A program made the position numbers and the translations under genes. A DNA stretch of 64,000 nucleotides from Pseudomonadota bacterium. GTDB taxonomy: Bacteria; Pseudomonadota; Alphaproteobacteria; Kiloniellales; JAKSDN01. The first letter of the stretch is position 1. The number at the start of each line of letters is the position of its first letter. Of the stretch, positions 36,075 to 46,172 are shown one piece after another. The stretch spans positions 48,622 through 112,621 of the forward strand of contig JBCCGG010000014.1 in the NCBI GenBank assembly GCA_039029395.1. Direction: 5' to 3'. The notes beneath the pieces were generated by a model. The model saw only the letters and a list, made by a program, of their open reading frames with translations. It was not told the DNA's origin and searched no databases.

Positions 36075-38375
36075 TCAAGCACCGTCCGCGGCCTGCCGGG
36101 TGACGAAGATTGGGCTGGACCAGGCGTTGAAGCCGTCCTCGGTGGTAACCCGCACCCACAAGGGGTTGTCGCCGGTGGCCGCGAGCGCCACGGGCACCGT
36201 CCGGGCGATCTCCCGACACTCGAGCCGGTGGGGCAAGCGAAACACCCGGATCCTGCGTTCCAGGCCGCCGGCCTCGAGCACGCTGTCCTCGAAGCCGATC
36301 TCATCCAGGTCGAGGGTCGCGGAGACGTGGCCGGTCTCGATCTCCAGGCTGGCGTCCGCGCCCGTCTCGATCCAGGCGTCGAAGCCACCAAAGTTCCCGG
36401 TGGTTAGCGTGTCGAAGGTCACAAGATCGGGGTCAACCAGCGTGGTGGGACGCTCGTGGTTCCAGGCATTGATCGGCGCGATCCGCGCGAAGGTGCCGCC
36501 GTGGAGCCGGGCGTGACCGGCCCAGGTGGTCTGGCGGCCGCGCCCGCGATACTCCGCCCCCTGCCAGATCACCCGAATGCGCTGGCCCAGGCTGGCCTGA
36601 TCGTAGCCGCGCAGGGTCTCGACCAGCGCCGTGCCGTTCAGGACATCGATGCGCTCAATCGACGTGCCGGCGATGCACTCGACGAACAGCTCGAGCCTGT
36701 CCGCGTCGCTCTGGACGATGTCGCCCATGATGGCCTCTCGGGTCGCCCGGCCCTCGACCTGAAAAAAGCGCGGGTCCCGTTCGAACAGCGTCGCCTCGTC
36801 TTCGAACCGGGCGCGCACCTCCAGGTGCAGGCGGTTGCCGGTCGTGCCGTAATGGTGGCGCCGGCGCAGGCAGTCGAACAGCCCGTCGCGGGTCAGCTCG
36901 TCGGTCAGGAAGCAGGTCAGCCCGCCATAGGCCCCGAAGCTCGCCGCGCCCGGATAGCTGGCGCCCGGCCGGCCCTTATGGCCGTCGCTGTTGCACACCA
37001 CGCCCGACCGGTGGCCAAGCGCGAAACCGTCGGTCAGCAGCCACTCGAAGGTGCCCCAGGCCGAGTGTATCTCCATTGCCGTCTCCAGGCGCGGGTCGTG
37101 GGCCTGCTTGATGTCCGCATAGCGCCCGCCGACATGGGCATAGACCACGCAGTCCTCGCCCTGCAGGTCTTCGAACAGCTGGGCCGCCGTGATGGAATCG
37201 CTGTCTATGTCGGAGCGGTCGGGCAGCAGCGCGTGGGAGGAGCGGTGGATCTGCCGGCCTTCCTTTCTGAAGTAAACGTTGCGGTCGCCGCCGACCGCCG
37301 TGTTGCCGGACCACTCGTAGCCGGGATAGGTGACGAAGCGGTGGTCCTCCTGATACTCAGCCGTCAGATCGTTGATCAGCGCCCAGAAGGCCTTGTTGAT
37401 CTGAAAATCGTTGGCCTGGTGGCTGGTCGCATCGAGGAAGGCCAGATCGCGCGCGAAATCGAAATATTCCCGCGCCGTGTTGATGCCGACGGTCTCACCG
37501 CTTTGCCCATGCATGTCGCCCCAATAGCCGGCGACCGGGCCATCGCGCACCACCAGGGGGCTCGACTCGGCGCGCAAGGCCCCATCGGCACCGAACACCG
37601 AGACCCGCAAGATGCCCTCACCCGCCACCGAGAGGCCATCAAGTACCATCGCCCGCTGCTCCGGCCCGTAAGCAACCTCGCTCGGCAGGCCGTCAACCGC
37701 GATGGAGGGCCGCAAGGTCAGGGTCTCGGCCGCCTGGCCGGTCGGGTTGCCCCAGCGGTCTTCGGCCTTGAGGCCGAGCCGGAAGATCTCGCCGGGGCGC
37801 CGCAGGCTTGGCAGCACCGCCTTCCAGACCGCCGGCGGGCCAGGCACGATGGCAATCACCGGGGTGTCGGGGATCGGCACGAAATGGCCGGTCGCGCAGA
37901 CGTCGGCCAGCACCTTGAACTCGAAGCCGCTTTCGCAAAAGGTCTGGAGCTTGAGGCCAGGCGAACCTTCAGAACGGTCGCCGAAGACAATCGTGATGGT
38001 CTCGCCCTCGTAGAGTCCCTCGCCGCGCACCATGACCCTGAGCGAGCGGTACCAGGGGCGCTGCTCTCCGCCGTCCTGATAGGCGAGCTGGAGGCGCGCG
38101 CCGTTGCTGGCCCGGGCGGTGACATAGTTGACCGCCCGGGGGTCGTCCATCTGCAGCCGGCCCCAGTCGTTGGAGTAGCGATGGACGATCTTGATCGAGC
38201 CGGTGTCGTCCAGGCCGAAGCGCCCGGCGGTATAGACCAGGGAGAAGCTCTGTAGGCTGCGCGCCTCGAAGGCGCCGCTCGGGGTCAGATGGGCGCTGCC
38301 GTAGAGCACCGGATCGGCGCCGGGCTCGGCATTGGCCCAGGCATCGCCCACAAAAACGCTCTCGACCTTCGGCAT
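36075..38375 (-). CDS. DUF3604 domain (PHP-like metallohydrolase) protein
   Basis: WGDMHGQS, HQAND, GYEWS, AHVGG, EIHSAWG, NSDGHKGRPG, AWSSPIF. Confidence 0.82.
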   Translation of the reverse strand: MPKVESVFVGDAWANAEPGADPVLYGSAHLTPSGAFEARSLQSFSLVYTAGRFGLDDTGSIKIVHRYSNDWGRLQMDDPRAVNYVTARASNGARLQLAYQDGGEQRPWYRSLRVMVRGEGLYEGETITIVFGDRSEGSPGLKLQTFCESGFEFKVLADVCATGHFVPIPDTPVIAIVPGPPAVWKAVLPSLRRPGEIFRLGLKAEDRWGNPTGQAAETLTLRPSIAVDGLPSEVAYGPEQRAMVLDGLSVAGEGILRVSVFGADGALRAESSPLVVRDGPVAGYWGDMHGQSGETVGINTAREYFDFARDLAFLDATSHQANDFQINKAFWALINDLTAEYQEDHRFVTYPGYEWSGNTAVGGDRNVYFRKEGRQIHRSSHALLPDRSDIDSDSITAAQLFEDLQGEDCVVYAHVGGRYADIKQAHDPRLETAMEIHSAWGTFEWLLTDGFALGHRSGVVCNSDGHKGRPGASYPGAASFGAYGGLTCFLTDELTRDGLFDCLRRRHHYGTTGNRLHLEVRARFEDEATLFERDPRFFQVEGRATREAIMGDIVQSDADRLELFVECIAGTSIERIDVLNGTALVETLRGYDQASLGQRIRVIWQGAEYRGRGRQTTWAGHARLHGGTFARIAPINAWNHERPTTLVDPDLVTFDTLTTGNFGGFDAWIETGADASLEIETGHVSATLDLDEIGFEDSVLEAGGLERRIRVFRLPHRLECREIARTVPVALAATGDNPLWVRVTTEDGFNAWSSPIFVTRQAADGA

Positions 38376-38388
38376 GAAACGCTCCCGA

Positions 38389-39465
38389 CTACCGTGGTCC
38401 CATCGCTTGGATCAGGTCGAGCAGCCTATTGGTCCGTGCGGTCAAGTTCCAGGGGTCGAGCGGCGCGGCGAGCCCTGGATCTAGGTCGCCCACCGCGTCC
38501 CGGGCCGCCTCGGTGAAGGCAACAGCACCGTCGGCGGCGATTTCCTCGATCCCGTCCAGCTTGCCGATGCGCCGGTTGAAGGCGACCGCGTCCTGAAGCT
38601 TCGCGTTCTCGGGCAGGTCAAGCGTGACCTGTCCCCGGTCGATCGACACCGGATAGCCGCCAGGCAAGCCTTGGGGCGCGGGTGCGGAAAGGCGGCGCGG
38701 CGGCGCGCCGGGCAGCAGGGCGCTCAAGACCGGCAGTGCGGCCGCGGCGGTGATGACGTTGTAGATCGGCCCGGGAGCAAAGGCCTGGCCGGCGTAGGCT
38801 AGTTCGTCCTCGCGCGCGCCGTCCTCGCCCAGATAGACCCGGGCGAACAGCTCGGGGTCGGCCGGCGCCTTGGCGGTCATGGCGCCGTAAACATGGTGGT
38901 GATGCCCGACCACCCGGACTAGGGGACGCTCGTCGCCGCGTGCCTTGAGCGCCGCTTGGATGCGCAGCTGGAGGATGCTGACATTGCCGAGACCGATCGT
39001 CGGCGCAAGCCCTCGGGTCGCCAGGATCGGATGGATCCCGTCGGGCATGGAGATGTTGGCCACGGGCACCGAAAGCCCGAGTTCGCGCACGACAGTCATG
39101 AGGTTCGTCACGATCGGCAGCTGGGCCGGCAATTGCAGGGCGATGCCGGCGGCCGCCAGGGCACGCGCGGTCGGATGGTCCCGTCCGATGATCGACCAGG
39201 GGCTGATCAGGCTGGCGGCCTGGATGATCAGATCGGGCCGGGCTTTGAGTAGCAGCGCTTCGAGTGCCAGGGCGTCGCACCCATCGACCTCCTGGAAGCC
39301 AACCTTTGCCTCGTGGCAACACGCCAGCATGGCGACCTGCGCGCCGGCCGGCGAACCCGGCCGGTCCGCCACGGTCAGCTCCGCCACGCCGCCCAGGCGC
39401 AACAGGCCGTCGGCCATGCGCAGGCCGACGTCGCCGCCGCCGAGCAGAAGCACTTTCGCCGCCAT
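38389..39465 (-). CDS. Rossmann-fold NAD(P)-binding hypothetical oxidoreductase
   Basis: N-terminal VLLLGGGDVG; GLGNV; C-terminal GLPGGYPV. Confidence 0.72.
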   Translation of the reverse strand: MAAKVLLLGGGDVGLRMADGLLRLGGVAELTVADRPGSPAGAQVAMLACCHEAKVGFQEVDGCDALALEALLLKARPDLIIQAASLISPWSIIGRDHPTARALAAAGIALQLPAQLPIVTNLMTVVRELGLSVPVANISMPDGIHPILATRGLAPTIGLGNVSILQLRIQAALKARGDERPLVRVVGHHHHVYGAMTAKAPADPELFARVYLGEDGAREDELAYAGQAFAPGPIYNVITAAAALPVLSALLPGAPPRRLSAPAPQGLPGGYPVSIDRGQVTLDLPENAKLQDAVAFNRRIGKLDGIEEIAADGAVAFTEAARDAVGDLDPGLAAPLDPWNLTARTNRLLDLIQAMGPR

Positions 39466-39470
39466 CGCTG

Positions 39471-40337
39471 TCACCTCGCCGGCTTGGAAGGCCAAAGCGC
39501 CAAGGCAAGGCCTGTGAAGATCGCCAGGCTACCGGCGATCTGCAGGCCGCTCAAGCTGTCCCCCAAAAGCAACGCCGATAGGCTCATGCCGAAGACCGGC
39601 ACCAGCAGAAAGAAAGGCGCGACGGAGGCCGCCGGATAGGTCACGAAGAGCCGGCCCCAAATCGCAAAGGCCAGCAGGGTCGCCAGCAGCGCCGAGTAGG
39701 CGACCGCGCCCAGGGTCGTCCAGGTGATCGTGGCAAGCAGGCCGGTCAGGGAGCCGCCGCTCTCGAACACCAGCGACAGGATCAGCAGCGGCAGCGGCGC
39801 CGCCAGGCTCATCCAGACCGCGACACCGAGCATCTCCACCTTGCCCAAGGATTTCAGGAGATTGTTGCCGAGCGCGCCGGACAAAGCGGCCAGGAGGATC
39901 AAGCCGAGACCGCCAAGCGCCCCTGCCTCGGCGCGGTTGATCACCAGAAAGCCGAGGCCCAGAAGCGCCAACCCCATGGCAAGCGCCTGGCGCCGGGTCA
40001 GGCGCTCTGAAAAGGCGACCATGGCGATGACGATGGTGAAGAATGCCTGAGTGTGGACCAGAAGCGAGGCCAGGCCCGGCGCGATGCCGTGGGTCATGGA
40101 AAGGAACAGAAAGCCGTACTGCCCGGCGCCCAACAGCAGGCCGAGTAAGATCAGGGTGCGCCAGGGCACCGCCGGGCGCGGCACCACGGCGATGAAAAGG
40201 GCGGCGGCCAGGAATCGGATGCAGGCGAAGAATATCGGCGGCGTCGCCTCGAGCGCCACGGCGGTGACCGGAAAGGTCGCGCCCCAGATCAGCGCCGCCC
40301 CGGCGCCCAGCGCCACGTCCTTCGGAGCCATGGTCAT
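39471..40337 (-). CDS. EamA/DMT family transporter
   Basis: LIWGATF, RF, QAFFT, APFFLLVPVFG. Confidence 0.88.
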   Translation of the reverse strand: MTMAPKDVALGAGAALIWGATFPVTAVALEATPPIFFACIRFLAAALFIAVVPRPAVPWRTLILLGLLLGAGQYGFLFLSMTHGIAPGLASLLVHTQAFFTIVIAMVAFSERLTRRQALAMGLALLGLGFLVINRAEAGALGGLGLILLAALSGALGNNLLKSLGKVEMLGVAVWMSLAAPLPLLILSLVFESGGSLTGLLATITWTTLGAVAYSALLATLLAFAIWGRLFVTYPAASVAPFFLLVPVFGMSLSALLLGDSLSGLQIAGSLAIFTGLALALWPSKPAR

Positions 40338-40353
40338 GACGCGGGCGCCGCGC

Positions 40354-41508
40354 TCACCGCTTGGGCCAGGCCCAAGGCGGCGCCTCGACATCCTGGATGA
40401 CGGTCTCGCCAAGCTCTTTCGCGAGGCTGTGGCTGACGGCGGCCTCCTCGTCCTGCAGGGCATCGACCAGCTCGCTAGCGTGGCTCACGACGATCACTTG
40501 GGCGCGCCGGGCGACATTGGCGATGAGCCGCGCCAAAGGGGCCAACAGGCTGGGGTGCAGGCTGGTCTCCGGCTCGTTCAACACTAAGAGAGGCGCCGGC
40601 CGCGGGCTCAGAAGCGCGATCGCGAGCAGCAGATAGCGCAGGGTGCCGTCGGACAGCTCAGCGGTTCTCAAAGGCCGCAGCAGGCCGTGCTGGTGCATCA
40701 CCACTTCAAACAGCCCATCGGCGGCTTGCACCTCCAGGCTACTGCCGGGAAAGGCATCCTCGACCGTCTCTTCCAGAGCCGTCGGGTCGCCGATTTCCCG
40801 GATCGTTTGCAGTGCAGCCCCCATGTCTGCGCCGTCGCCGGCCAGAACCGGCGTGCGGGTGCCGATCTGGGGCCGGCGTGCCGGGGCCTCCGGGTCGCTG
40901 CGCAGGCGGTCGTAGAACCGCCAACCGCGCATGCGCTCGCGCAGCTCAAGCAGCTCCCGGCCGCCGTCCGGATCGGCGGCATGGGTCATCATGCTGTCGT
41001 AGGGCGGCAGATTGCTCAGCACCCGCCGGCGCTTGCCTGCATCGTCCAGCAGTTGGACGCCTGGGCCTTGCCTCGTCGCGATCTCGTTCGAGCGCTTCAG
41101 GCATTCGCCGATCCACAAGGCCTCGGCCTTAATCTCCGGATCCAGGCCGAAAAAAGAGCCGCCGCCCTTCGGCAAGCCGAGATCGATGGCATAGCCGTAG
41201 TCCTCCGCGGCGAAGCCCAGTTTGAGCCCGACCCGCTCCGTGCGCCGGGTGCCCTGGACCGGCACCTCCCCGCGCTTCATGCCCCGGGAGAAAGCCTCAG
41301 GCCCAGCCCAGAGGGTTGAGGGCAGCCCGCCCTCCCTGGCCAAGGCGCCGATCGCCCGGCCCTGAGCGACGTCCGCGAGCAGCCGGATCGCCTTGTAGAG
41401 ATTGGATTTGCCGCTGCCGTTCGCTCCGGTGATCACGGTCAGCTGGCCGAGCGGAAGCACAAGCTCGCGCAGGGAGCGATAGCCGGAAACGGCGAGGGTC
41501 AGGATCAT
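40354..41508 (-). CDS. AAA/ABC-type ATPase (RecF/SMC N-terminal-like)
   Basis: Walker A GANGSGKS, signature LSDGTLR, LNEPETSLHP, VVSH. Confidence 0.87.
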   Translation of the reverse strand: MILTLAVSGYRSLRELVLPLGQLTVITGANGSGKSNLYKAIRLLADVAQGRAIGALAREGGLPSTLWAGPEAFSRGMKRGEVPVQGTRRTERVGLKLGFAAEDYGYAIDLGLPKGGGSFFGLDPEIKAEALWIGECLKRSNEIATRQGPGVQLLDDAGKRRRVLSNLPPYDSMMTHAADPDGGRELLELRERMRGWRFYDRLRSDPEAPARRPQIGTRTPVLAGDGADMGAALQTIREIGDPTALEETVEDAFPGSSLEVQAADGLFEVVMHQHGLLRPLRTAELSDGTLRYLLLAIALLSPRPAPLLVLNEPETSLHPSLLAPLARLIANVARRAQVIVVSHASELVDALQDEEAAVSHSLAKELGETVIQDVEAPPWAWPKR

Positions 41509-41576
41509 GGGCGGGTCCTATTGATCGAAGAGAGTTCAGAGCTGGACTTGCCAAACGAGCCCGGCACCAACCACGG

Positions 41577-41957
41577 TCAGTTACTCCGCGTTTGCTCAAT
41601 CAATCCGGAGACATCCTTGGCGTTCAGTGTTCTGAGCTCCTCAAATGCGGCAGAGGTCGCCGATTTGTCCCCGGTACCTTCGCCGGAAAGTTGATAGCCG
41701 TTACCCTTCGGGTAGAATACGAAATAGAAGGGTGTGGCGGGGTTTCCTTTCGCGGATACGATCACAACGGTCTGCTGGTCATTGCAGCTATATACCAACC
41801 ACTCTGTCGCACCATAAATCTTGTGGACGGGCCCGACGTCACAAGTCAAAGGAGTCGGCTCCTGGCTGGAGGCCGGTGTGAAGGCGATGGCTCCAGCGAG
41901 CATCGCAAACATGGCCATGCCTGCCCAAGAGACATTTCTTTGGGCGTTGAGATACAT
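41577..41957 (-). CDS. Small secreted hypothetical protein (low GC)
   Basis: Signal-peptide-like N-terminus, two Cys; visibly lower GC than the flanks. Confidence 0.7.
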   Translation of the reverse strand: MYLNAQRNVSWAGMAMFAMLAGAIAFTPASSQEPTPLTCDVGPVHKIYGATEWLVYSCNDQQTVVIVSAKGNPATPFYFVFYPKGNGYQLSGEGTGDKSATSAAFEELRTLNAKDVSGLIEQTRSN

Positions 41958-42005
41958 CGTCAGGGTCCCCGTCTCACCTTTTCGAATTCATCAACTACAG
42001 TCAGT

Positions 42006-42041
42006 ACGTCTGCTACCTATGATACGTATCATAGCAGAAGT
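42006..42041. repeat. Palindrome CTATGATACGTATCATAG inside the inverted repeat ACGTCTGCTA/TAGCAGAAGT
   Basis: Perfect 18-bp palindrome at 42017-42034; outer arms match 9/10. Confidence 0.75.
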
Positions 42042-42161
42042 TTGCGCTTTGTCTGCTGTTGGATCGCCGACCGACAGCTCTTCTTCCAGTGGGGCCAGTT
42101 GACCCCCCTCACCCCCCACCCCATAGTGTTCGCCCGTCCCATTCGTGGAGACTAAACGCCT

Positions 42162-43649
42162 ATGAAGATGCCCGATCCGGACCAAGGCGTGCTCGCCCGC
42201 CGGCGCGAGATCGTCGACGCGCTGAGGGTTATCGTGCCGGGCGAAGGGGTGATCGACGACGCCGACGCGCTCAAGGTCTACGAGAGCGACGGCCTTACCG
42301 CCTACCGCCAGCCGCCGATGATCGCCGTGTTGCCGGAGACGACGCAGCAGGTCAGCGAGATCCTCAACTACTGCATGGAAAACGGCATCAAGGTGGTGCC
42401 CCGGGGCGCCGGCACCTCGCTCTCGGGCGGCGCCCTGCCTTTGGCCGACGGGGTGCTGTTGGGCTTGGGCAAGTTCAACCGCATCCTGGAGATCGATGTG
42501 GACAACCGTTGCATCGTCGCCCAGCCCGGGGTGACCAACCTCGGAGTCACCCAAGCGGTCGAGGGCGAGGGCTTCTACTACGCGCCCGACCCTTCCAGCC
42601 AGATCGCCTGCACGATCGGCGGCAACGTGGCCGAGAACTCCGGCGGCGTCCATTGCCTGAAATACGGCCTGACCACCAACAACCTGCTGGGCCTCGAGGT
42701 GGTGCTGATCGACGGCACGGTCGTGCGCCTGGGCGGCAAGCACTTGGAGGCCGAGGGCTACGACCTGCTCGGCCTAATGACCGGCTCGGAAGGCCTGCTC
42801 GGCGTGGTCACCGAGGTCACCGTGCGCATCCTGAAAAAGCCCGAGACCGCGCGTGCGCTCTTGCTCGGCTTCGCGACCAGCGAGGCGGCCGGCGACTGCG
42901 TTGCCGCGATCATCGGCGCGGGCATCATCCCGGGCGGCATGGAGATGATGGACAAGCCTGCGATCCACGCCGCCGAAGCCTTCGTCAAGGCCGGCTATCC
43001 GCTCGACGTGGAGGCGCTTCTGATCGTCGAGCTGGACGGCCCCCAAGTGGAAGTCGACCACTTGGTCGAGCGGGTCTCCGCCATCGCCGACGACTGCGGC
43101 GCGGTCACCAAGCGCCTGTCCCAGGACGAGGCCGAGCGCCAGCGCTTCTGGGCCGGTCGCAAGGCGGCCTTCCCGGCGGTCGGCCGGATTTCGCCCGACT
43201 ACTACTGCATGGACGGCACGATCCCGCGCGGCCAGCTGCCCCTGGTGCTGCGGTCCATGCGCGAGATGAGCGAGAAGTACGAGCTTCAGGTCGCGAACGT
43301 GTTCCACGCCGGCGACGGCAACCTGCACCCATTGATCCTCTACGACGCCAACAAGCCCGGCGAGCTGGAGCGGGCCGAAGACTTTGGCGCCGATATTCTG
43401 AAGCTTTGCGTCCAGGTCGGCGGCGTCTTGACCGGCGAGCACGGCGTCGGGGTCGAGAAGCGCGACCTCATGCCCGAGATGTTCACCGAGGACGACCTCA
43501 AGCAGCAGCAGCGGGTCAAATGCGCCTTCGACCCGGGCGCCCTGCTCAATCCGGGCAAGATGTTTCCCGAGCTGCACCGCTGCGCCGAGCTCGGCCGCAT
43601 GCACATCCACAAGGGCGCCCTGCCCTTCCCCGAGTTGCCGCGCTTCTGA
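42162..43649 (+). CDS. glcD: Glycolate oxidase FAD-linked subunit
   Basis: PRGAGTSLSGG, APDPSSQIACTIGGN, HAGDGNLHP, GEHGVG.EK. Confidence 0.93.
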   Translation: MKMPDPDQGVLARRREIVDALRVIVPGEGVIDDADALKVYESDGLTAYRQPPMIAVLPETTQQVSEILNYCMENGIKVVPRGAGTSLSGGALPLADGVLLGLGKFNRILEIDVDNRCIVAQPGVTNLGVTQAVEGEGFYYAPDPSSQIACTIGGNVAENSGGVHCLKYGLTTNNLLGLEVVLIDGTVVRLGGKHLEAEGYDLLGLMTGSEGLLGVVTEVTVRILKKPETARALLLGFATSEAAGDCVAAIIGAGIIPGGMEMMDKPAIHAAEAFVKAGYPLDVEALLIVELDGPQVEVDHLVERVSAIADDCGAVTKRLSQDEAERQRFWAGRKAAFPAVGRISPDYYCMDGTIPRGQLPLVLRSMREMSEKYELQVANVFHAGDGNLHPLILYDANKPGELERAEDFGADILKLCVQVGGVLTGEHGVGVEKRDLMPEMFTEDDLKQQQRVKCAFDPGALLNPGKMFPELHRCAELGRMHIHKGALPFPELPRF

Positions 43650-43652
43650 TTG

Positions 43653-44879
43653 ATGGCCGATACCTGGAAAGCGGAAAGTGAGGCCCAGGTGGTCGAGGCG
43701 GTCGCCTGGGCGGCGGCGGAGTCCCAGCCGCTCGAGGTCGTCGGGCGGGCCAGCAAACGCGGACTCGGACGCCCGGTCCAGGCGGCCCACGGGCTCGACC
43801 TCTCGGGTCTTTCCGGCATCACCCTCTACGAGCCCGAGGAGCTGGTGCTTTCCGCCCGGGCCGGCACGCCTCTGGCCGAGATTGCCCAGGCGCTGGAAGA
43901 AAAGGGTCAGCAGCTCGCCTTCGAGCCGCCGGACCTGGGGCCGCTGTTGGGCCAGCCGGCGGGCGCCGGCTCGGCGGGCGGCCTGGTCGCCTGCAATCTG
44001 GCCGGCCCGCGGCGCCTCAAGGCCGGCGCCGCGCGCGATCATTTCCTGGGGCTCGAGGCTGTTTCCGGGCGCGGCGAGTCCTTCAAGTCGGGCGGCCGCG
44101 TGGTCAAGAACGTCACCGGCTACGACCTCTGCAAGCTCCTGGCCGGTTCTTACGGCACGCTCGCGGCCATGACTCAGATTACCCTCAAAGTCCTGCCCAA
44201 GGCGGAGAAGACCCGCACGGTCCTGCTCTACGGCCTGGACGACCGCCAGGCGGTCGCCGCCATGACCCGGGCGGTCACCTCCTCGCACGAGGTGTCGGGC
44301 GCCGCCCACCTGCCGGCCGGAGTCGCCAGCGAACTCGAGATCGCCTATGTGGGCGCGGTGGGCGGCGCGGTCACCGCGCTCAGGGTTGAGGGCCCGGCGC
44401 CCTCGGCCGAGTACCGGGCCGCCGCCTTGCGCCGGGAGCTGGGCGATCTGGCCGAGACCGAGGAGCTGCACGGCCACAACTCCGGTCGCCTCTGGCAGGC
44501 AGTCGGCAACGTCGAGCCCTTCGTCGGATGGGACGAAGCCGTGGTCTGGCGCCTTTCCGTGGCGCCGAGCCAAGCGCCCGACGTGCTGGCGCGCTTGGGC
44601 GCGCTCAAGGGCCTCAGCCACTACTGCGATTGGGGCGGCGGGCTGATCTGGCTCGCCCTGCCCAGCGCCGACGACGGCCATCATCAGGCGGTGCGCGCGG
44701 CCCTGGGCGCGGACGGCGGCCACGCGACCCTGATCCGGGCGCCCGAGACGGTGCGGGCCGCAGTGCCGGTGTTCCAGCCTCAGGCGCCCGCATTGGCGGC
44801 GCTCAGCCAGCGAGTAAAGGAGGCCTTCGATCCCCACGGCGTGCTCAATCCCGGGCGCATGGCGGCGGGGCCCGCTTGA
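43653..44879 (+). CDS. glcE: Glycolate oxidase FAD-binding subunit
   Basis: YEPEELV, FEPP, GGRVVKNVTGYDLCKL, DWGGGLIW, FDP.GVLNPG. Confidence 0.92.
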   Translation: MADTWKAESEAQVVEAVAWAAAESQPLEVVGRASKRGLGRPVQAAHGLDLSGLSGITLYEPEELVLSARAGTPLAEIAQALEEKGQQLAFEPPDLGPLLGQPAGAGSAGGLVACNLAGPRRLKAGAARDHFLGLEAVSGRGESFKSGGRVVKNVTGYDLCKLLAGSYGTLAAMTQITLKVLPKAEKTRTVLLYGLDDRQAVAAMTRAVTSSHEVSGAAHLPAGVASELEIAYVGAVGGAVTALRVEGPAPSAEYRAAALRRELGDLAETEELHGHNSGRLWQAVGNVEPFVGWDEAVVWRLSVAPSQAPDVLARLGALKGLSHYCDWGGGLIWLALPSADDGHHQAVRAALGADGGHATLIRAPETVRAAVPVFQPQAPALAALSQRVKEAFDPHGVLNPGRMAAGPA

Positions 44880-44882
44880 GCC

Positions 44883-46172
44883 ATGCAGACCAGTTTCACC
44901 TTGGCCCAATTGGCCGATCCGGACACCGCCGCCTCGGAGCAGATCCTCAGGACCTGCGTGCACTGCGGCTTCTGCACCGCGACCTGCCCGACCTACGTGC
45001 TGCTCGGCGACGAGCTGGACAGCCCGCGCGGACGCATCTACCTGATCAAGGACATGCTGGAAAACGACAGGCCGGCCTCGGCCGAGGTCGCCAAGCATGT
45101 GGACCGCTGCCTGTCGTGCCTATCGTGCATGACCACCTGCCCGTCAGGCGTCAACTACATGCACCTGGTCGACCACGCCCGAAAGAAGGTGCGAGAAACT
45201 CATCGGCGGCCGCCGCTCGAACAGCTGGTGCGCCAGGCGCTCGCCGTGATGTTGCCCGACCCGGGGCGCTTCCGCCTGGCCCTGCGCGCGGCCGGTCTCG
45301 CCAGGCCCTTCAAGGCGCTGATGCCCAAGCGTTACCGGCCCATGCTCGATCTGGCGCCGGCCCGCCTGCCCGCTTATCAGCCGCTTCAGGGTCCCCTGAC
45401 TTTTCCGGCGGAGGGCGCGCGCAAGGCCCGGGTGGCGCTGTTGGCCGGCTGCGCGCAGCAGGTCCTGGCACCCCAGATCAACCAAGCGACGGTGCGCCTG
45501 CTGACCCGGGCCGGAGTCGAGGTGGTGGTCGCCGGCGGCACCGGCTGCTGCGGCGCCCTGGTCCACCACATGGGCGACGAGGCAGCCGCCCGGAAGGCCG
45601 CCCGCGCCAACGTCGCCGCCTGGCGCGGTCTGATGGCAGACGACGGCGGCTTGGACGCGGTGGTGATCAACGCCTCGGGCTGCGGCACCATGGTCAAGGA
45701 CTATGGCTTCCTGCTGCGCAACGAGCCGGGCAACGCGGAGGTGGCGGCCGACATCTCGGCGCGGGCCAAGGACATCTCCGAGCTGCTGAGCGAGCTGGGC
45801 CTGCCGGACCAGACCCGCGAGACCGGCCAGCGGGTCGCCTACCACGCCGCCTGCTCGCTCCAGCACGGCCAGAAGGTGACGGCCGAACCGAAGGCGCTGC
45901 TGCGGTCTTGCGGCTTCGAGGTGCTGGAAGTGCCCGAGGGCCACCTCTGCTGCGGCTCGGCGGGCACCTACAACATCCTTCAGCCGGAGATCGCCGGGCG
46001 CTTGCTCAAGCGCAAGCTCGCCAACATCGCGCGTCAAGCGCCCCAAGCGATCGCGACCGGCAACATCGGCTGCATGACCCAGCTGGCCAGCGGCACCGAG
46101 ACCCCGGTGGTCCACACGGTCGAGCTGCTCGACTGGGCGACCGGCGGGCCGAAGCCAGTGGGGCTTCAGTAA
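44883..46172 (+). CDS. glcF: Glycolate oxidase iron-sulfur subunit
   Basis: CVHCGFCTATCP, DSPRGRI, CLSCLSCMTTCP, two CCG domains. Confidence 0.93.
   Translation: MQTSFTLAQLADPDTAASEQILRTCVHCGFCTATCPTYVLLGDELDSPRGRIYLIKDMLENDRPASAEVAKHVDRCLSCLSCMTTCPSGVNYMHLVDHARKKVRETHRRPPLEQLVRQALAVMLPDPGRFRLALRAAGLARPFKALMPKRYRPMLDLAPARLPAYQPLQGPLTFPAEGARKARVALLAGCAQQVLAPQINQATVRLLTRAGVEVVVAGGTGCCGALVHHMGDEAAARKAARANVAAWRGLMADDGGLDAVVINASGCGTMVKDYGFLLRNEPGNAEVAADISARAKDISELLSELGLPDQTRETGQRVAYHAACSLQHGQKVTAEPKALLRSCGFEVLEVPEGHLCCGSAGTYNILQPEIAGRLLKRKLANIARQAPQAIATGNIGCMTQLASGTETPVVHTVELLDWATGGPKPVGLQ

Noticed and set aside
40354-41508. AAA ATPase as an anti-phage defence system
   Set aside because: No partner nuclease or TOPRIM gene; looks like the common stand-alone ATPase family
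42774-45098. Long antisense or alternative-frame ORFs (also 22408-24411, 36456-38255, 62140-63957, 42059-43681)
   Set aside because: Shadow ORFs of genuine high-GC genes, with no recognisable motifs
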